Position numbers and translations under genes: made by a program. This document shows, one piece after another, positions 57,991 to 64,000 of a stretch of 64,000 nt of DNA. Source of the stretch: Dehalococcoidia bacterium (GTDB taxonomy: Bacteria > Chloroflexota > Dehalococcoidia > Lucifugimonadales > GCA-2712585); the NCBI GenBank assembly GCA_965208725.1, contig CBDBPI010000001.1, positions 969,033-1,033,032 of the forward strand, written 5' to 3'. The notes beneath the pieces were generated by a model. That model had not been told where the DNA came from. It ran no database searches and saw only the letters and a program-made list of their open reading frames with translations. Within the stretch, counting starts at the first letter, position 1. The number at the start of each line of letters is the position of its first letter.

Positions 57991-59702
57991 CCCCAATCCA
58001 CCGAAGAAGTAGGCGGGAGGATGTGGAAACGGGGAAGAGAAAGTGCTCCTTTGAATCTGGGATAATGGTTTTCACGCCGAAAACCGATCCAGAACAAGGA
58101 GCACCCAATAGATGCTATCATCTGAGCGTCCCGACCGCATCTCCGTAGCCTTCGATGATCCCCGACTGGTCGCCAATGCGGGACTGATGGTGCCGCTCAC
58201 CCTGGCCCATCATCTGGGTCTGGGTGAACTGGTGGACAACCACCTTGATCTGGGAGATGCGCCGGGGAGAGCGAATGGGGGAGACAAGATGCTGACGTTG
58301 GTGGCATCGGCCCTGGCAGGGGGCGACTGCATCGACGACGCGGACGCACTGCGAGCCGGAGGTACCGAGAGGGTGCTGGGATGTAGGGTGAAGGCGCCAT
58401 CGACCCTGGGTACATTCCTACGCAGCTACAGGTGGGGCCATGTCCGTCAGTTGGACCGGGTGAGCCGGGAACTGCTGAGACGGGCATGGGACTCCGAGGC
58501 AGGACCAGGCGAGTCACCGTTGACCATCGATCTAGACTCGACTATCTGCGAGACCTACGGGCTGGCCAAGGAGGGAGCACGCCGCCACAACTACAGCGGC
58601 CAGCGGGGCTACCACCCGCTGGTGGCCGTGGCTGCGGGAACAGGCGAGGTGGTGATGGCGAGGCTGCGACAGGGTAGAGCCAACACCGGTCGGGGTGCAG
58701 CCCACTTTCTGCGTGAGACGGTGAGCCGTGTGCGTCACGCGGGGGGTGAAGGTCAACTCACCGTGCGGGCCGACAGCGGCTTCTACAGCCGGGACATCGT
58801 AGCCATGTGTCGCGACAAGGGTGTCCGCTTCTCCATCACCGTCAGACAGCACAGGCACCTGCGCGATCTCATAGAGGAGATACCCGAGGATGCCTGGACT
58901 CCCATCCCCTACTGGATGGACGGAGCCGCCGACGTGGCCGAAACCACCTACACGCCCTTTGCGAGCAAACCCGATGCCGTGCCGGTACGGCTGATAGTGC
59001 GCAGGGTGAAACCCACCCCAGGCTCCCAACTGGCCCTTATCGCCAACTACAGCTACCACGCCTTCATCACCGACCGGGAGGGAGACACCCTGGAGTTGGA
59101 GGCCGACCATCGCCGCCACGCAGAGGTGGAGAACGCCATCCGCGACCTCAAGTACGGTGTGGGACTCAACCATCTGCCCTCGGGACAATTCTCCGCCAAC
59201 GCCGCCTGGATGGCCGTGCAGGTGATAGCCCACAACCTGGCCCGTTGGACTTCCCGCATCGGTCTGGATATGCGGGTGATGAACACAAAGACCCTCAGGC
59301 GCCGTCTCTTCTCCCTGGTCGGACGGCTCACTCGCTCGGCCCGTCGGTTCACCCTGCATCTCCCGCAGCGCTGGCCTTGGGCGGACCTCTTCAGCCGTGC
59401 TCTGGAGAGACTACGCGCCCTGCCAGCACCTTCCTGACACACTCCATCAACGTCTGGACCCGTCCTCGGTCTGTCCCATCGCCTGGCCAAACCCCGTCCG
59501 GGTAAGTCCCCTGTGTCTCCTCCCACCCCTTGCCCTCCAGATCCGGGTCAAAACCAGCCTCCGGCCCTCTCAACATCCCTTCAATCCCGCCCCTGCTCTA
59601 CCCTTCCGTCCTCTACATAGTCCTCAGGACCTTATCCTCCCCTTTCCTCGTCTCCCATCGCCAGCCTGAACAGCCTAACCAAATCCCTTCGGTGGATTCG
59701 GG
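57991..59702 (+). mobile_element. IS1380 family insertion sequence (1712 bp)
   Basis: IRs CCCCAATCCACCGAAG / CTTCGGTGGATTCGGG (15 of 16 match); CTTAG direct repeat on both sides. Confidence 0.93.
58112..59437 (+). CDS. IS1380 family transposase
   Basis: APSTLGTFL, TIDLDST, GYHPL, VRADSGF, HRRHAEVENAIRDLK, FSANAAW. Confidence 0.95.
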   Translation: MLSSERPDRISVAFDDPRLVANAGLMVPLTLAHHLGLGELVDNHLDLGDAPGRANGGDKMLTLVASALAGGDCIDDADALRAGGTERVLGCRVKAPSTLGTFLRSYRWGHVRQLDRVSRELLRRAWDSEAGPGESPLTIDLDSTICETYGLAKEGARRHNYSGQRGYHPLVAVAAGTGEVVMARLRQGRANTGRGAAHFLRETVSRVRHAGGEGQLTVRADSGFYSRDIVAMCRDKGVRFSITVRQHRHLRDLIEEIPEDAWTPIPYWMDGAADVAETTYTPFASKPDAVPVRLIVRRVKPTPGSQLALIANYSYHAFITDREGDTLELEADHRRHAEVENAIRDLKYGVGLNHLPSGQFSANAAWMAVQVIAHNLARWTSRIGLDMRVMNTKTLRRRLFSLVGRLTRSARRFTLHLPQRWPWADLFSRALERLRALPAPS

Positions 59703-60435
59703 CTTAGACATCACTAGAGCATCGTCCGTCGACGTGGATGTTTTGTGTGCACTTCGCAGGAATGGCCTTGACATTGACGCAACAATGGGCTTGATTGTAG
59801 GATCATTCTACCGAGAAAGAATTGTCGATCGATTGAGGTCAGCTTGTCGGAACGCCGATGAATCATTCACAACGTGGATGATGGGAGAGATAGGTAGTGA
59901 ACTGGGCGGAGTGGTGAATGAGCAAAACTTTGCCCAAATCATAAGGGAAGCTTTGCGGGACTTCAACATGGTGAACCGTGAGAGCACGTAAGACCGAGAG
60001 GTGCAGATCCTGGCTGAGGATACAGGCAAGGTTCCAACTGTTGTCACTACCGCGCCGCCGATGTCAAGTCCACCCACAGGAGAGGGATGGACTCCATTGA
60101 CTGACATGCAACCGTATACGAAAATGCCATCACCTCCGGCTGTTAAATTGCCTGATGGTAAGGTGGTCCCCGTTGGAAAATGGAAACCGATTTTTGTTGA
60201 GGTGGCTGAATATCTGGTTAGACGTGGTGTTCTAACAGCGGATCGCTGCCCAATTACACCCCTGAAATCTTTCGGGGTACACACTTACCAATACGTTCCA
60301 TCCGCGAGGCGCAAGCTATCCAGCGGCCTACATTGGCAATGTTATGGCGGTGCGACCAATGTGAAGCGTGCGATAATGCAACTAATGGACGCCTTAGGGC
60401 AGGACCCGTCTCAGATCAAGCTGAAGAAGGAGTGA
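59703..60435 (+). pseudogene. Remnant of a restriction-endonuclease-associated-like gene, split by IS1380 and an in-frame stop
   Basis: Frame rejoins across the IS (..EFAPIYTL|DITRASS..); ORFs 59530-59991 and 60001-60435 share one frame separated by a single TAA. Confidence 0.5.
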
Positions 60436-60572
60436 CGAGGTTGACACCGGGCGGTCTGGGGCTTCCTTTCATTTTTTGCATTGCTAACGGAGGTGTAGGC
60501 ACGACTCAACTTGCAGATGACTCAGTAACAACCGCTTGACCGTCCCGCCAGTCTAATCACAGTGCACTTCTA

Positions 60573-61958
60573 ATGAAAAAAGCCCTCACAATACTAACTC
60601 TAACAATGCTCATGCTACTAGCATGCAGCACTGAAACTGAGCAACCACAAACTCAGCCCCTAACCGAAACAGCTACTCCAACAAAAGACGCTCACAAAGA
60701 AATCCTAGAAGTACTAAAAGAAAACAAGAAAACACCAACCCACGCCACTGCCACCTTAACCCCCGTCACACCAGTAACCCCTCCCAACGCACCGAAAGTT
60801 CACACCTGCATACTACCAAACGGAGGAACGAGAACTCAATCTATAGATATTCCTTGTCCTAGCCCCGAGCCAACAGCTAACCCAACACCTGAACCCACGC
60901 CTGAGCCAACACCTGAACCCACGCCTGAGCCAACACCTGAACCCACGCCTACACCCAAACCCCTACCACCTATTGACTACACAACTTTTGAAATAAAATT
61001 CAAACGCCTAAAGGACACTAACATAGACAATTGCCTAAACGTCTATCGTCCAAGCACTTACGGAGCCAAGTACCTAATTTGTGAACCCCTCAGGAATTCG
61101 CATTCCTACTATCCAGGAAGTAGCACAATAGTAGCCAGCAGTTGGAACCTAGATACAGATAACAATTCTCTCACCATAGTCGCTAATCTAACCTCCCTAC
61201 CTAACGGACGTTACGATGTAGTCATCTGGGACAATACTCCAGGAGCGGGATCTTGCTCCTTCTACTCCTCAATGTTAGAATGTGATCAAGTCCTAGGTCT
61301 TGTCGCAATCAGCATAAACAAACTCAGACCAACGCCTCAACCGACTCCTGAGCCCACACCTAAGCCACCACCTGAACCAACACCAACAACTACACCTCAA
61401 CCTGCATGGACGACACGCTGGGTCTCAGAGGAAGAACTATTCCAATGCTTGGAAACTGAAGCATGCTCAGGCATTCCTCCTACTAAACCCTTCATAATGT
61501 ATCCAAAAGGAAAACGCTCATGGAGCTACTGGGGAAATCCAGTCACAAAATCCAACACAACCCTAGAAACTATACTCAACGACTTCGCTACAGATTACGG
61601 AATCAAATTCATCAAGGAATCCTCTAGTTCAGCTACGCTAAGCTTCTATGCTGGAACTTCTGGATGCCTAGACTCATATCAAACAACAGGATGCACGACA
61701 GATTACTTCTACAATTACACAAAGTCAAAGTCTGACATCAAGGTAGGAGACGGTGCTACCGCCACAATACTACACGAGCTAATCCATGCCATTACCCCTA
61801 TAGGTCATCCTACAAGAGCGGATAGCATAATGACAGCACTGAAAGAAGCAAAAACCATGTCCTTACTCGATAAAGAGCTGGTACGCTTTTTCCTTACTCA
61901 TCCCCTTGTAACTCCAGGCCAGACTACAAAAGCAATACTGAACGAGCTGGAGCACTGA
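60573..61958 (+). CDS. Lipoprotein with PTPE repeats and C-terminal zincin (matrixin-like) metalloprotease motif
   Basis: LLAC lipobox; ILHELIHAITPIGH followed by SIM Met-turn-like motif; strongly A/C-rich foreign composition. Confidence 0.8.
   Translation: MKKALTILTLTMLMLLACSTETEQPQTQPLTETATPTKDAHKEILEVLKENKKTPTHATATLTPVTPVTPPNAPKVHTCILPNGGTRTQSIDIPCPSPEPTANPTPEPTPEPTPEPTPEPTPEPTPTPKPLPPIDYTTFEIKFKRLKDTNIDNCLNVYRPSTYGAKYLICEPLRNSHSYYPGSSTIVASSWNLDTDNNSLTIVANLTSLPNGRYDVVIWDNTPGAGSCSFYSSMLECDQVLGLVAISINKLRPTPQPTPEPTPKPPPEPTPTTTPQPAWTTRWVSEEELFQCLETEACSGIPPTKPFIMYPKGKRSWSYWGNPVTKSNTTLETILNDFATDYGIKFIKESSSSATLSFYAGTSGCLDSYQTTGCTTDYFYNYTKSKSDIKVGDGATATILHELIHAITPIGHPTRADSIMTALKEAKTMSLLDKELVRFFLTHPLVTPGQTTKAILNELEH
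60882..60950 (+). repeat. 24-bp tandem repeat (about 2.9 copies) encoding PTPEPTPE
   Basis: CCAACACCTGAACCCACGCCTGAG units. Confidence 0.9.
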
Positions 61959-62288
61959 GGTGGACCCAGTAAATCGGACAGGTGGCTAAGTGAGAGTCCT
62001 GCTCCTAGACTAGAAGCAGCAGAAGCTGTGGAGAAGGAGTGGGAGATGAGACAAGGGAGAAGGAAGCATAGCGCAGCCTTCAAAGCGAAGGTGGCGCTTG
62101 AGGCGGTGAGAGGGGAGGAGACAGTGGCGGAATTGGCGGCCCGGTACGAAGTGCACCCAGGTCAGATACAAGTCTGGAAGAAGGCGCTGAAGGAAGGAGC
62201 GGTCGGAGTATTCAGCAACGGGCCGGACAAGAAGGCCAAGAGCGACGCAGCACTGATAGCGTGGCTGTATCAACAGATAGGGCAGCTG
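61956..62288 (+). mobile_element. IS3 family left end with truncated orfA (ATG 62046)
   Basis: TGAGGTGGACCC..GGACA end; RRKHSAAFKAKVALEAVRGEETVAELAARYEVHP..LYQQIGQL. Confidence 0.85.
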
Positions 62289-63221
62289 TGTTGGTAACCA
62301 GCAAAAGTGGGACACGATGGAAGCCGAGAGATCAAGGGTGAATTGGAGGCTTGGTCAGCTCCCTCAGAGCCTGGTTGTATCTTCTCCTCCGTTGGATAGT
62401 TTCCGCCTGAATCTCCTTTCTCCGTCGTAGAATCGCATCCCGCCGTCCTCTGAGCACATCCGACGGGGTGACGTTCCCCAGGGCCTTGTGGTAGCGGCGG
62501 TAGTTGTAGTATTTGACGAAGGCTATGATGGCCGCCTCCAACTCTGAGGGCATGTCATAGGGTAGTTGGTTCACGTCCTTCTTCAGGGTCTGATGGTAGC
62601 GCTCCAGCTTTCCGTTGGTCTGGGGGTGGAAGGGGCTGGCGAAGATATGCCTGATTCCCACCAATTGTAGGTAGTCCCTGAAGGCCCTGAGCACATACCC
62701 TGGACCGTTGTCACTGAGCAGGCGTGTCCTGTTCGTGACTGGGACTCGATCCATGCCCGTCACGTCCACTGCGTCCAGCACCACCTCTATGAAAGAGTTG
62801 GAGGTCATGTCCTTCTGAAGCCTGTGAGCCAGTATGAAGCGAGAGTAGTCGTCCATGACGGTCACCATGTAGTAGAATCCCCAGGTGAGATACCCTGAAG
62901 TATGAGGCGTCGGTGGCCCACATCTGGTGGGGACCCGAGGTCTTTCGGTGATACTCCTTACCCGCCACCAGCTTCACCTCGGCCCTCTTCACCAGTCCTT
63001 CTCTTCGAAGAATGCGGTACACCGTGGACTCTGATACGGAGAAGCCGCTGTGGTCGGTGAGCCATGCCGCCAACTGACGGCTACTCAACTCCAGCATCTC
63101 CTGGGCGGCCTCAAGCACTCGCTCCACTTCATCCGGTGTGAGCCTGTTCCACGGAGGCCTTCCGCCTCCAGCCTGGTCCTCCAGGCCCTGTTCGTCCCTC
63201 CGCTTAAGCCACCGGTAGTAG
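62289..63221 (-). mobile_element. IS481/IS3-like element fragment, frameshifted DDE (rve) transposase
   Basis: TGTTGGTAACC end; VSESTVYRIL, WATDASY, then frameshift near 62885, VMDDYSR, LSDNGP, HPQTNGKLERYH. Confidence 0.85.
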
Positions 63222-63740
63222 TGTCAACGCCGGATGAGTCTTGACCCACAATCGCCGGATTGGAATTGACCCACCCCCATGTGATTATCTGGTTTTCCTG
63301 GGTTGATCTGGGCCGGCACCCAGCAGGTGCTGGGAAGTCAGAAGTCCCGACTGTCGCTTGCCCTTGAGCCTGTAGCTCTCGCCGCGGATGTTGATGACGT
63401 GGCTGTGGTGGAGGAGCCTGTCTAGGATAGCGGTGGCGATGACCGTATCTCCCAGCAGCTCTCCCCAGTCGGCGAAGCCCTTGTTGGAGGTAAGGATGAT
63501 GCTGCCCCTCTCGTACCGGGCGGAGACGAGGCTGAAGAAGGCAGTGGCCGACTCCCTGTCGTAGGGCCATATGCCGAACTCATCCACAATGAGCACCTTG
63601 GGAGCCAGGTACACCCTCATGCGCCGCTTGAGCCGGTGTTCCTCCCTGGCCTTTCTCAGGTCCTCCATCAGGTCGTAGGCTCGGACGAAGTAGGCGCCGT
63701 AGCCGTTCTCTATGGACTTCAGGGCCAGAGCCACGGCAAG
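63222..63740 (-). mobile_element. istB: IS21 family right end with 5'-truncated istB (63285 to about 63740)
   Basis: TGTCAACGCCGGAT..TTGACCCA end with internal repeat; LIVDEFG, IILTSNK, AILDRLLHH, GESYR; Walker A missing. Confidence 0.88.
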
Positions 63741-64000
63741 AGAACACCTTCACCTCCTGCGTATCCAAACCACCCAGACATTTCCCTCTGTTCTTCACAC
63801 TTGTACGTAGGATTATTTTATCGGCCAGATGCCGACGGCGTCCATCTTGCCCTGGTTCGTATCCTATTGGAGCGACTCGCAGGAGGGCCAGTTGCCAGTT
63901 AGCAGGCTTAGTGCCAAGCAGGATCTATGGTGCCAACGCGAAGGTCAAGGTGAAGGTTCTAGATTTTGTCCAAGATGGTGGGCCGAAGTTGACTGTAGAC

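Overview
High-GC bacterial chromosome segment. Gene content suggests Chloroflexota, probably Dehalococcoidia/SAR202-like (inference from acVLRF1, paralogous GMC/CoxL-like/amidase/phosphotriesterase/cyclase enzymes and family-5 lipoprotein SBP). The backbone (1-54 kb) carries catabolic enzymes, a Fur-Zn/Mn ABC operon, dtd, speD-speE, mutS2, an EtfB-EtfA fusion, a PhnCDE-like (putative selenate) ABC operon, prfA-prmC, tRNA-Pro(CGG), tRNA-Gly(CCC) and two TA pairs. Intergenic spaces are packed with several families of REP-like palindromes, into which an IS30 and a 121-bp MITE have inserted. From about 54 kb to the end lies a decayed accessory island: P450 pseudogene, unknown nuclease-motif protein, IS1380, a metalloprotease lipoprotein and nested IS3/IS481-like/IS21 fragments. 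Missed by the ORF track: a CxxU Rdx selenoprotein (29261-29539) and two desulforedoxin-like microproteins (53408-53732). Best novel candidates: (1) a UGA-containing leader ORF with mutually exclusive hairpins upstream of the putative selenate transporter, a possible selenocysteine-sensing attenuator; (2) an 81-bp-period array of two alternating GATACT palindromes with flipped cores in front of a Fic gene; (3) an exact 384-bp triple PaREP1/HEPN array behind LexA-like sites; (4) acVLRF1 next to mutS2; (5) a REP-loop-targeting MITE. All family assignments are by eye, with no database searches.
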